DNA of 47,455 nt, filler included, from Trypethelium eluteriae (GCA_051942245.1; 2 parts of 2 records of this genome joined end to end with filler, not necessarily neighbours in it); one strand, 5' to 3'; positions 1-10,847 are shown, counted from the first letter of the whole stretch. Notes: a model not told the origin generated them from the sequence alone. Numbers and translations: made by a program.

Positions 1-390
1 GCTATTGGGGGTAAGGGGTAAACATGAGATGGTAGTTCCTTTTCACGGGGCGTTTGGGTGAGTTTGGTGGGTTTTCGGGGATATCTACCTAAAGGATGTG
101 TCGGTAACGGGTTGGGGGTTTCGTAAAGGTGTCATGGCGTATCAAATGGCCTTAGGATTTTCCTTTTCTTCATCAGGCTCTTCTGGGTCTCCAAGGTAGT
201 TCTGGCGAGCCAATATCTCGTTAATGTATCTCTATCCATTCTTGTATTAAAGGCATAATCATGTCTTGTAAAGGAAGCTTCGTCATAACAACTACAGTCT
301 ATGGCAGCAATGGCCGGGGTATAGTGCATAAAACGCAAAAAAGCAAGCCCTCCATCCGTCTTATCGTAATTGGCGTTCTGATACAACCCT

Positions 391-1308
391 TCATCGCCGT
401 CCACCGAGCCATCCTTTCCTTCTGCCCTTTGGCATCTTCACGTCAGCCACTGGCTGGGGTATATCATTCTCCTTTTCCTCGTCTTCGTCGTCAGTATCGA
501 TACGATAGCGTCTGACACTTGCAGCATCATCTCCCTTGTTTTCATCGTAAAAGTCAATTAAATGATCCTGTGTCTGCCTTGCCTTCTTCTCACTCCGCGT
601 TGCTTTCTTCAAGAATCCTCTCCAACCTTTGCAGGACCTTTCTATCTCTGCATACTGCTTCGCGCGGGTTTCAGGAGTGAGCCAGTGCATCGTTGTCGGA
701 GCAATGACCTCTATTGGAACTGGCTCGGTTGCAGGCGGCTCAGGCTCCATCGTTGGAGCATATGTTGGAGCCCATGGATTGGCGAATGCCAGCGCGTCTA
801 CACGAACATGTGCATTGTGAGACATGGGGTGATGTGGGACAGAAGCCATGGTACTAGTAATTGATATAGGTTGACTCCGTATGCTAGACTGTGAACTCGC
901 GACACCGGCTGGTGGAGGAATATGTGAAAAGCCGCCGCTCGGAGTTGAGTTACATCGCATGATCGCACAAGAACGAGTGTACAGGGCATGTAGCTCTTCA
1001 GTATTGGCTCTTTGAGAGCTAGCAGAAGATTTGTAGGAGTGTAGCTTTGGGCGTTGATGTCTTGGAGAATCACCCGCAAATTGTGATGCAGACGGGCGCA
1101 CAGAGCTGCGAGACGACTGGCGACTGCCGTGAGTGCTGTGCGAGTTACGCTTGGTGCTGGCGTGTGATCCAGACGGCCTGTCTATTGATTTTCGAAAATC
1201 TGCATCAGCAAAGCCACTATCTGAGCGAGTAATCCGTGTAGTGCCCGGGACCGGCGACGATGCCGACGCTGAGGCGTTCATGGTACGAGTGCTAGCATTT
1301 CTAACCAT
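391..1308 (-). CDS. Ser/Arg-rich hypothetical protein, 305 aa, apparently intronless
   Basis: Long ATG-initiated ORF, mostly low-complexity. The ordered C-terminal block (TMHWLTPETRAKQYAEIERSCKGWRG...FYDENKGDDAASVRRYRID) resembles conserved Pezizomycotina hypotheticals; function not assignable. Confidence 0.75.
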   Translation of the reverse strand: MVRNASTRTMNASASASSPVPGTTRITRSDSGFADADFRKSIDRPSGSHASTKRNSHSTHGSRQSSRSSVRPSASQFAGDSPRHQRPKLHSYKSSASSQRANTEELHALYTRSCAIMRCNSTPSGGFSHIPPPAGVASSQSSIRSQPISITSTMASVPHHPMSHNAHVRVDALAFANPWAPTYAPTMEPEPPATEPVPIEVIAPTTMHWLTPETRAKQYAEIERSCKGWRGFLKKATRSEKKARQTQDHLIDFYDENKGDDAASVRRYRIDTDDEDEEKENDIPQPVADVKMPKGRRKGWLGGRR

Positions 1309-3251
1309 GCTCTGGCAGAGGGATCCGGGTTGGATGATTGGGAATCTGAGGATAGAGTCGTTGGAGTGATACGATTTTTCAGCGGTGCTTTTAGAACGCT
1401 CAAATTATGCGAGACGATCCAAATAAAAGTAGCGCAATTTGAAGAGATCCTGAATCAGTGGTCAGTCATAGATGTCAAACGTCAGGAAGAATTACATACA
1501 CTGAGACCACCGCTTAGCAAAGGTTATTGTAAGAGTCTGAATGCAAGAGAATTCTTTGTTGAAGCTATTGAAATTGATCCTGGTGGCTTCCAGAGCCAGA
1601 AGTTTGCGATAACTGATCAGGAAAGTATGTAGGAGAATTGAGGCGGTATATAAAGGTAGGGAACGGTGTGAGTGTTTGAATGACAACAGAGAATTGAAAA
1701 AGTAGGTCACAAGAACGATGCAGGTAGGAGCATCTGAATGGGTCGTTTTGGTAACGGCTCCATGCAACAAAGTCAATGGTGTGGCGCTATTGCCCATTCA
1801 CCGCTGTGGAACGGATTGCTGATTGGTGGGAGGACCCAAGAGCCTTTGTTCCAGAACTAGGATCAAGTCTGGCACTGAGAAAACCGTGCTAGTGGCGATG
1901 GCCACAATGGTGTTCTAGGTAGGCTTGGCAAGAAAGAAGTCGTGGCAAAGGAAAAGCAGGAAGGAAGTTTCGGCTCTTAAAATTGAAATGGTAAAGAAGG
2001 CACCTGAAGGGCAGTCTCAGCTCGTTCACATGCAAATTGCACCTCGTTCCCACAAGCCTTGTCATTGCGATGAGCCAATCCTTGCGTGTGACGTGCATCG
2101 TGGGCCATCAGTCAATAGCAGCGGGTTGCTATTATTGAAAAGGCTCTCCTGACGCGGTGTTGCCGTGCACCCGCCCATCATTCGATATCGGGCGCGTCTA
2201 GAGTCAGTCTTTTTCATGCCCACCGATACGCTGCCGTGGGCGCCTGCGCTTTCTTGGACTCTGGAACCCCTGCTCATACCCACAATTCAAAGCAACCAGA
2301 GTCTACGCTGCAGTGCCTGTGTCCAAGGCCCCCGATGCAGGCTCGAAATGGGTGAATGCTAAAACCAGGCGAACTCCTGATTATGAATAATCCGCTGTAT
2401 GCCGGGTAAGCTGGCCGAGCTCCAGGAACTTGCGTCTCGACGCCGCAGCGAGGTGCATGATCGTGCGATGGCACGCAGAGTACAGCCAAGACACCGGCGC
2501 GGCCCGACTTGGTACAAAAGTTTCGAAACACTCCGCGAATCACAGGTTTATGGGTTTGGATGATGGAGCAGATTGGACGACCTCTGCTGACCGAGGACCG
2601 GTGACAGACTACTAACATGATCCTCCCGAGATTCGGCCGCTATGGCCCTCGGCACAGTGCCGATGTGGTGGCTATGTGGACAGCGCCGTACTATCCGAAG
2701 AGATCGAGGAAGGAGGCACCGAAGGGCACCGTGGAGCAAATCTCAAGAAAGATGGATGTGTTACGGATGGATGCAAACCCACAATTACAAAGAGCTGAGG
2801 AGGCTGATTCAGTGCCCAGTCGAGCTTTCGACAGTTCTACCAAGTCAGAGTACCAGTATCATTGCTCACTGGGCTTTACTAAGCCTTGCGCAAAGTTGTG
2901 TAGCGATTCAGACAGAAAGACAGTGATCCGCTATAATTTACTAGGTAGCTAAAGTCTGGCTGTCAGTTTTCGGGTTGAAGCTGGCCGAAGCTCTTCATTC
3001 CTTCTCGGGTGGACCGTCTCCGGCACGTCCCGCTCAATTCTGGGGTCAACCCAAACCCCTGCAATCCAATGGGCACGCCCCCCATAGATAGCTTAGTGAA
3101 CGTGGTAAGATATCTGCAAGAAAGGATGAAGTTGTGAGCGGGAAGCAATCGTGATGCGGAGTACATCCGAGCAAAAGTTTTCATGAAGTTTCTAATCAGC
3201 TATTCAGTAGTACCACGATACAGACACGTTCGGCTTCCATACGTGAACATG

Positions 3252-5446
3252 TCAATCGTCAAAAGTAATCTTCGTGGGCTTCTTCATCTCAGTAGGGTCC
3301 TTGTAAAAATTTCCATATGCCTCGTGCTGCTTTTTCTTCACCGTTCTGCCGAATTTCAATAGCTCATTAGGGACCTTTTGGTCTGCCTTCTCCAGTACAC
3401 CGATCAATTCTCCAGCCAGATGCTTATCCTTTTGTGAGAAAAGTGTGATGGCAAGACCAGTCTTGCCAGCGCGTCCAGTCCTTGAGAGGAGATATTAGCC
3501 TTTGCAAACTGATGTGGTATGAATGATATTTACCTTCCGATGCGATGCACATAATCTTCCACTGTCAATGGGAAGGTCATGTTGACAACAAGGTTGACAT
3601 TAGGAATATCCAGACCGCGACTTGCCACGTCCGTAGCAACAAGTATTGGAACATACCCATCCTTGAATGCTTGCAAATTGGCTGTGCGTTGTGATTGATT
3701 CAAGTCTCCGTGGATACTGACTACCCTGAGATCCTTTCTCTTGAGAAAGACTTCAACCTTGAAGGCCTCCTTCTTGTATAGGCAAAAGACTAGGATGCGA
3801 TCTTGACCCTCCCCACGCATATTCCTCTTCAAGATTTGTAGCAGCCTCAATTGCTTCTGGCTCGGCAGTACTACTTCCACAGTCTGGGTGATCCGCTTGT
3901 TTGCTCTGAGCTCTCCATCAGGATTATCACCGATGCCAATCCTTACTGGTTCCGTCATATATGTGGCCGCAAGTTCCCGTATACTGGCTGGCCAGGTCGC
4001 AGTAAACATTAGCGTCTGCCTATCAGCCCCGTTCTTGGGCATTGTGCGAACAATCTTCTTGATTGCCTCATCGAATCCCTTTTCTAACATACGATCCGCC
4101 TCATCCAGAACCAGATAGCTCACCATACTCATGTCCGCCGCACCCTCATCTATGAGGTCCTGAAGCCTTCCTGGTGTAGCAACGACAATGTTCGCGGTTA
4201 TCAGATCCTCCCTTTGCTGCTCCTTTGAAACGCCGCCATAGAGACATACCACTCCAAGCCTATATCCGCTGCCGAGCTTTTTCATATATTCGAAGATTTG
4301 GCAGGCCAGCTCCCGCGTCGGCGTGATGACCACGGCTCTGATGCCCTTTCTCTTGCCTCCCTTGGGTATGCTGGTAATATGCCGGATGCAAGGAGAGCCG
4401 AATGCAAGCGTTTTGCCCGATCCAGTCTCTGCTATGCCAATGACATCGCGACCGGCCATAGCGTAAGGCCAGGCGGCTGCTTGAATGGGAGTCGGATCTT
4501 TAAACTGGGAGTAGATGGTTCGGTGCGCGCCGTCATTGAAGGGGAGGTGGGCGAATTTGGTAGCTGGTCGATACTTGGGATGAGAAGAGGGATCGTTAAT
4601 TGTGATGAAATGCTGAGCGAGGTATTCATCGATCTTTTCCTGCGGCGTCTCAGCAAGAGATGGGTGCTCGACGTAGACTGATCCCAGAATTTTGGCAGCA
4701 GCTGCTGACAGGGGTGCTTCATTTGTTGTAGTACGATTCCGAGCCTTGACTTTATCCTCGTCCTCTTCTTGATCTTCCTCCTCTTCGTTTTCATCATCTC
4801 CACCCTCGGAGTTGTCTTCGTCCCCGCTTCTACTGTCGTCCTCCTGACTCTCATCATCTTCGTCATTGCCGTTTCCAGAACCACCATTCACCATAGCCAT
4901 CCTCCGCTGCTTTTCTTCTCCCATGTGCTCCAACCACACTTCCCTCTCTTCTTTCCTCTTCACCTTCCGTCTGTCCTTCGCAATATCTTTCTCTCCATCC
5001 GGTCCCAGTGCAGCCATCATCTCTTCCATCTTCTTGTAGGGGTCCTCCATACGTCTGTGTTTGCCAGCGTGTTTTGCCTTGTTGTATGCTTTCAGCTCGC
5101 GCTTGAGAGCTTTGCGCTCGTGCTTCATAGCTTTGCGTTCCTCCTTTGAGGGCTTGGGGATGTATGCAAGCTTCGTTTCCATTTTCTTGGGGGGACTACC
5201 ATCCGGAGAGAAATCTGCAGTTCCATTCGTGGGATCGGAAAGCCGGACAGCCGCAACCTCGAGCTCATCCTGAGTCTCTGTGTCTAAGGCTCTGGTTGTT
5301 TCATCAGACGCTGGCAAAATATCCTTCGCTTCTGCTTGTTCTTGCGCGACTCTCAGGGTCTTGAGTCGCTTGCGCTGCACAAAGGCATCAGCGATGAGCT
5401 CGGCCTCTTTGGTCCAGTCGTGCTTCTCCTTTCTCTTTTTACCCAT
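3252..5446 (-). CDS. DBP3: DEAD-box RNA helicase Dbp3 (60S biogenesis); exons 5446-3534 and 3480-3252
   Basis: Q motif [29 protein letters not shown], motif III FTAT. HRIGR|TGRAG is restored by splicing a 53-nt intron at 3481-3533 (GTAAAT...GCTAAT...AAG). C-terminus [15 protein letters not shown]...KITFDD* is typical of Dbp3. Confidence 0.93.
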
Positions 5447-5981
5447 GGTTGCTGGTTGTATCGCACAAGTATCTAAGTGGCACGAACATTTTTATCATCT
5501 GAAGTTTCTGCTTGGACCCTGAAAAAGCCCGATCTCGGGTTCTGATTGGCCAAAAGTCACGTTTTTACGGTCGTCCAAGACGACCATTTGCCTTTGATTA
5601 CGCCACCAAAATCAGAAAAATAGCTATCACGACTCAGGAAAGATATTTCTTGCCGGAGGTATACAGTAGAATGGTAGATCTCGATATGAAAATTACTTCT
5701 ATCGGCTCGTATTTGATCAATACTTGCTGATTGGTCGTTGAGATCGGATTGCAATTTGACAATGTCTCGGAACCCAGGACCAACCATCGAATTATCAAAA
5801 ATTTTGAGAAATCTTGCGGTCCAAAAGAAAGCTGAGGACCTGAAAAACCCAAATCCGAAGTCGGATTCTGGTCATCAAGTCTTGATGCGGAGTTATTTGC
5901 TCGTAAAGATTTGCTCAAATTGCACCATTCGGGTATTGACATTTCGAGTTCGGATCGGATTAACTAGATCCGTGTTGCAGT

Positions 5982-6217
5982 CTTATCGGTGGCCCGGCAT
6001 GAAGGATAACGAGGGATGAGATCATTGGTGTCCATGAATCGCCATTAGACCTTCCATTTTGAGCCTCCCCACACGAGCTGTTGCAATGCTGAGCCGTCCT
6101 TCCCCACGCGATTGTGTGTGTGTGTGTAGCGTAGGGTAATAGAGTCAATGAGGTTATCGCGCCCTTGGCAAGAAAATGGGCCGTCAGAGGTATGATGCTG
6201 ATCGCTAGTCCGTTATC
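5982..6217. promoter_or_regulatory. Cluster of GATAA elements upstream of the MFS permease (candidate AreA/NIT2 sites)
   Basis: CTTATC 5982, GATAAC 6005, GTTATC 6153 and GTTATC 6212 lie within 400 nt of the ATG. Dal5-family permeases are commonly nitrogen-catabolite regulated. Short motifs could occur by chance. Confidence 0.3.
6113..6127. repeat. (TG)7 microsatellite
   Basis: tgtgtgtgtgtgtgt read directly. Confidence 0.9.
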
Positions 6218-6383
6218 TACATGTTCTAGGAGACAGGACACATGTAAATCCTACAACTCTCTGCCTTCTCTGTAACTGATTCCTCTTTCTCGATTCATTG
6301 GCTCTCGGGAAGTTTCGGGGGGCATACTCTCGGTCCTGACCATCGACTGTCAAATCTCTTGCAATATTTGGCAGTAGCAAAGA

Positions 6384-7999
6384 ATGGATATCGCAGGAGA
6401 GAAAACTCTGCGGCCAGAGCATACAGAGGGGCCAAAGGCGCAGCAGTTGGTGGAAGAGGCAATTCGTCACGGTAGTGTCGACGAACGGATTCTCAAGCAT
6501 TCCCACGATGCAGACGAGGCTCTGAAGGCTTTTGCTGGCCACGAGGGTCAAGTCATTGAGATCGATGAAGCTACGAACAAGGCATTGCTCCGGAAAATTG
6601 ATTGGAACTTAATACCGGCGAGTACTGTTGTACCTCTAAGAAAATGTCGTACGTTAATGGTTCCTAGATCATGTGCGTCGTCTACGGTCTCAATTACCTC
6701 GATAAGACCACCCTCTCTTACGCCAGTGTAATGGGAATCAAGAATGACATCCATATCGACGCTGGCCAGTACAGCTGGCTGGGCTCAATGTTCTACTTTG
6801 GCTATCTTGGCTTTGAGTATCCCACGAATCGTCTCCTGCAAAGACTTCCTCTCGGAAAATATTCAGCCTTCAACATTATGATGTGGGGGCTTGTGCTCTC
6901 CTGCTTTGCTGCAGTGGAAAACTACGGAGGCGCCGTTACGATTCGTTTCTTCCTGGGTGTTTTCGAAGCGGCCGTGACTCCGGGCTTCGCCCTTCTGACT
7001 TCTCAATGGTACACGAAGAGCGAACAAGGTACAAGGACAGGCATCTGGTTCAGCTTCAACGGATGGGCACAGATTTTTGGTGGTTTAGTCGCGTACGGTA
7101 TCGCAAAAGGAGTTGAACATCATGGCGCTGCAATCGCGCCGTGGAAAATCGTTTTTCTGGTGACAGGTCTATTAACCTTTGCCATGGGTGTAATATTCTG
7201 GTTTGTCGTTCCTGACAACCAGATGAATGCCCGCTGGTTGAAGCCTGAGGAGCGGTTACTGGCCATTGAGCGCATTCGAGTGAATCAACAAGGAGTCGGA
7301 AATAAGCACTGGAAAATGTATCAGCTCAGAGAGGCTTTGACGGATCCACTGTCCTGGGCGTTCTTCCTTTATGCCCTTGTTGGAGACATCCCTAATGGTG
7401 GAATCTCCAATTTTTTCTCTCTTCTCATCCAGTCTTTCGGCTTTACTGCCGACGAGTCACTTCTTTGGGGCACTCCCGGTGGGGTTGTCGAAATAGTCAC
7501 TTTAATCGTCTGTCTTCACCTTGGCGATAGATACAACAACCGTATCCTTATCTCTGGATCCTGCCTTCTAATCTCTATCCTCGGGATGGCGCTCATCATA
7601 GGCCTTCCAAAATCCAATCCCAACGGCAGACTAGGCGGCTACTATCTAACCCAGGCCCAAGCCACACCTTTTGTAGCCTTGCTCTCCCTCGTCTCCACAA
7701 ACGTATCTGGGTACACGAAGAAGACCACCGTTGCAGCTATGTACCTAATTGGCTATTGCGTTGGTAATATCATTGGTCCGCAGACCTTTCGGGGCACCAA
7801 TTATGTTCCCGCCGAGATTACCATTATCTGCTGTTGGGGTTTCAACATCTTCGATCTACTGTTCATATACTTCTATTGCAAGTATCAGAATAAGAAAAAG
7901 GCGGCGATTAGAGCGCGACCGGACTACGTCAAGCTTGAGAATCAGGAATTCTTGGATTTGACAGATAGGGAGAACCCCGAGTTCACATACCGGGTTTGA
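6384..7999 (+). CDS. MFS transporter, allantoate permease/ACS (Dal5-like) family; exons 6384-6617 and 6668-7999
   Basis: LLRKIDWNLIP|IMCVVYGLNYLDK, FFLGVFEAAVTPGF, QWYTKSEQGTR, NVSGYTKK, GNIIGPQTF and C-terminal FLDLTDRENPEFTY; multiple TM helices. The 50-nt intron 6618-6667 has a GC donor. Confidence 0.93.
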
Positions 8000-8131
8000 T
8001 TAGGTGGTGGAATTTTATGTATAGATGAATGAATTTCAATTTTGAGAGTCTATCTAGTAAATCTATGTCATCATTGTGTTCCCCGAAAATTCTGCTGGGG
8101 GCCACCCCAACCACCCACAGCCGCAATCTGC

Positions 8132-8785
8132 TCAGACTGTCATGGAAGGAGGCGCACGCACAGCCTGAACCAGGACTTCGGTCTCGAAGGCAAAATTCAT
8201 GCTCTTCAGTTTGGACCCAAAGACCACCCCGACACGACTCGGGAGGCCCCCAGCCAAACCCGCCAAACCGATCTCCTTCCGCACGACGCGGTTGCCGATG
8301 ACGGAAACACGCGGTTTCCTGTGGGCGGCTTCCCATCCCGCCGGGAGCAAGCACACGCCAAAAAGATCCTGGAGACCCTCATCCACCAAATAGGATGAGA
8401 GTTGCGCCAGGAGGGTTTGGGCGCCGGGGAGGTCAGCGAGATTGCGGCCGGTCTTGGCGAACTCGTATGGGGTGGTGCTGCCATCGCTGGTGAAGCGCCA
8501 GCTGCAAGGAATGACAGCGAACTCGGGGTCTGGATTCATTGGGACAGCGAAGTTTCCGAAGCTGATGAGCTTTTCGTTGTCGGAGAGATCGAAGGGTTTG
8601 TGGAGGAGGGTGAGGCCGAAGGTGTAGAGAAGCCCTGACTTCTTGTAGATATCGCCGGCGATGCTGCAGACTTCCGAAAGCTTGACGAGTCTATCTCTGA
8701 GCTTCAGCTCGGCTTCCTCGAGGGTTGGGAGGCTGTTGATAGTTTGAACGTCGTAGGGGAGGAGATTGATGTCGTTGAGAGCCAT
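8132..8785 (-). CDS. Hypothetical protein (~217 aa) with NSLPTLEEA / FGLTLLHKPFDL..NEKL / PCSWRF / PYEF motifs
   Basis: ATG at 8785, GC3-rich codon usage, globular composition. Motif pattern resembles an uncharacterised family. The 3' end is uncertain (possible intron 8161-8095, GTGCGT...CAG). Confidence 0.7.
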   Translation of the reverse strand: MALNDINLLPYDVQTINSLPTLEEAELKLRDRLVKLSEVCSIAGDIYKKSGLLYTFGLTLLHKPFDLSDNEKLISFGNFAVPMNPDPEFAVIPCSWRFTSDGSTTPYEFAKTGRNLADLPGAQTLLAQLSSYLVDEGLQDLFGVCLLPAGWEAAHRKPRVSVIGNRVVRKEIGLAGLAGGLPSRVGVVFGSKLKSMNFAFETEVLVQAVRAPPSMTV

Positions 8786-9830
8786 CACGCCGAGAGGTAA
8801 GCTCCAGAATCAGTTGATGAATTTAAGTCGAGAAGCGTGGTTCAGGGGTTGGCTATAGAGAGAAGGGGAGGCTCAATATACAAGTTGAATTGTGCTCAGT
8901 GAAGAGGCGTTGAATTTAATGTGGGAATGTTGATTGTTATGCTTCAGCAAGCCTAGGAGGGTTGGAGCCTGATTTATACGTAAGTGAGTGAGGTGATTTG
9001 TTTACTGCAGCACATATCACACCTACATTTGCATAGCATCGTACAAGCCATTCCAGTACAGTTATGACAGATATTGGTCTGCAAGCGGTGTTAGTCACAC
9101 AAGCCCATACATTTTAACACAGCAAGCGAAGGCTATCGCTCATACTGACAATTTCATCAACTTGTCACGTAGACAATTCAAAAAGAAGCCTCGTATTATG
9201 AATCAATTGTGTATTATGATTGAGGTCTGCTGGAGTCAGGGGCTCAGGAGTCAACAAAGCAAAGTCACATGGGTTTGGAGCTACTGAAGCTGCAGCAGTG
9301 GCTGACAATGAATGAAAGGTGAAGTACATTTTATTCATAACATAAGATCAGCAGTAAGTCTGGAACGCACCGTAGTCTCTCATAGCCATCTAAAGAACCG
9401 ACACAGAGTCATTCGGTCGATCATTGTGGACAAAGAGGCCCTAGGAAGAGGGAAGTCTGCAACGAGAAAGGCGGACACTGTGGACTGTCTGACTCCTGAC
9501 TTATGGTAACTGGCACTAATTCATTTATTACTATTAGAATAGTCAGTCTACACATTAGTTATAGGACTTTTACTCACTATTGATCTTAATCTTAATCAAA
9601 GTATAAACTTAAGGAGGAGTTGAGTTTTTTTATAAGACTGCTATATTAGAAAAATTCTCTAAAATTGTTGGGATTAATGAAGTTCAAAGTTGATCTGATA
9701 TTAAAGTGTGTATTTCATTTCCGATCCTGTACAATAATTATCACACAAAATGCAGATTGCCTAGAACTCAAACGTTCAGGTACGGCTTCGGTATTGAATG
9801 GACGGAGTGAAGTCGGCCTGTCAGATTTCG

Positions 9831-9844
9831 GCGGAAATTTCCGC
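9831..9844. promoter_or_regulatory. Perfect 14-bp palindrome GCGGAAATTTCCGC (CGG-N6-CCG), candidate Zn2Cys6 binding site
   Basis: Read directly, about 180 nt upstream of the SDR ATG. Inverted CGG triplets with a 6-nt spacer match the Ppr1/UaY-type geometry. Confidence 0.35.
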
Positions 9845-9929
9845 GATCTTCTCTTCCGGTCCCGCGATAGCCCCACAGCCAGCAGAAGCAGTAGACTCCA
9901 CGGCAGACTTCCGTCAACCGGCTTGCAAA

Positions 9930-10022
9930 ATGGAGCTATACCAGTACGCATATATCCTTTTCGTGGTCGCCGTACCTCTCCTATTCCTGACGCTGGTTCG
10001 AAGGAGACTGAAAGACGCGTGA
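9930..10022 (+). other. Upstream ORF (30 aa, MELYQYAYILFVVAVPLLFLTLVRRRLKDA) whose TGA overlaps the SDR ATG (TGATG)
   Basis: CAAAATGG start context, hydrophobic stretch followed by RRRLK, stop/start overlap at 10020-10024. It may instead contain an intron (GTACGC 9944, CTGAC 9987, AAG 10003 or 10014). Confidence 0.4.
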
Positions 10023-10847
10023 TGACTGCTCAGAAGGTTGCCCTCGTCACGGCAGGTACTGCTGGTCTCGGAGCTCAAGTCGCCAGGGCGCTGGCCCCAG
10101 ATTTCAGAGTAGTAAGAATTTGTTCGCCTGCACAGATCAAGTAGTTGATGCTAATTGGTTTTCTAGGTCATTAATTACGCAAACAATGCTGACCGCGCCC
10201 AATCCCTCCTTTCTGAACTCTCCTCTATCCCTAATACCATCCCCAAAGAATACCATGCCAGCCCCCGCTTCCACAGCATCCGCGCCGACGTCTCCTCCAA
10301 GCTAGCCCTCCAATCCCTCGTCTCCGAAACCCTCTCCACCATGGGCCGCCTCGATGTCGTCGTCTCCAACCACGGCTGGACGCGCCTCACCAACTTCACC
10401 AACCTCGACGAGGGGCTCAACGACGAGGACTGGGACAAGTGCTTCGCCTACAACGTCAAGTCGCACCTGTGGCTACTAGCGGCATGCAGGGAGGAGCTGG
10501 ACAAGAACGAAGGGTGCTTCATCACGACGGCCAGCATCGCGGGCGTGAAGCCGAGCGGGAGCAGCCTGCCGTACATGGTGACGAAGGCGGCGCAGATCCA
10601 TCTGGCGAAGTCGTTGGCGGTGATCTGCAGTCCGCGGATACGGGTGAATAGCGTGAGTCCCGGGCTCATGCTGACGGAATGGGGCATGAAGTTTCCGGAG
10701 GCGAAGAGGGAGGCGAGTCGGAACAATACGAAGCTGAAGCGGTTGGCGACGGTGGAGGATGTCGCAGATCAAATTAGGACGTTGGTGTTGAGTCGTTCGA
10801 CGACGGGGCAGAATCTGCTGATTGATGGGGGGCTGGCGAATATGTAG
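10022..10847 (+). CDS. Short-chain dehydrogenase/reductase; exons 10022-10111 and 10167-10847
   Basis: VALVTAGTAGLG Rossmann motif, GRLDVVVSN, catalytic YMVTK (YxxxK), IRVNSVSPG, TGQNLLIDGG. The 55-nt intron 10112-10166 (GTAAGA...GCTAAT...TAG) keeps frame. Confidence 0.92.

Noticed and set aside
132..404. 90-aa ORF overlapping the end of the 305-aa gene
   Set aside because: No recognisable motif; it lies in the probable 3' UTR, with no convincing splice link.
1330..3200. Many 60-115 aa ORFs between the hypothetical gene and DBP3
   Set aside because: Overlapping on both strands, with no motifs or coherent exon structure; treated as UTR/intergenic.
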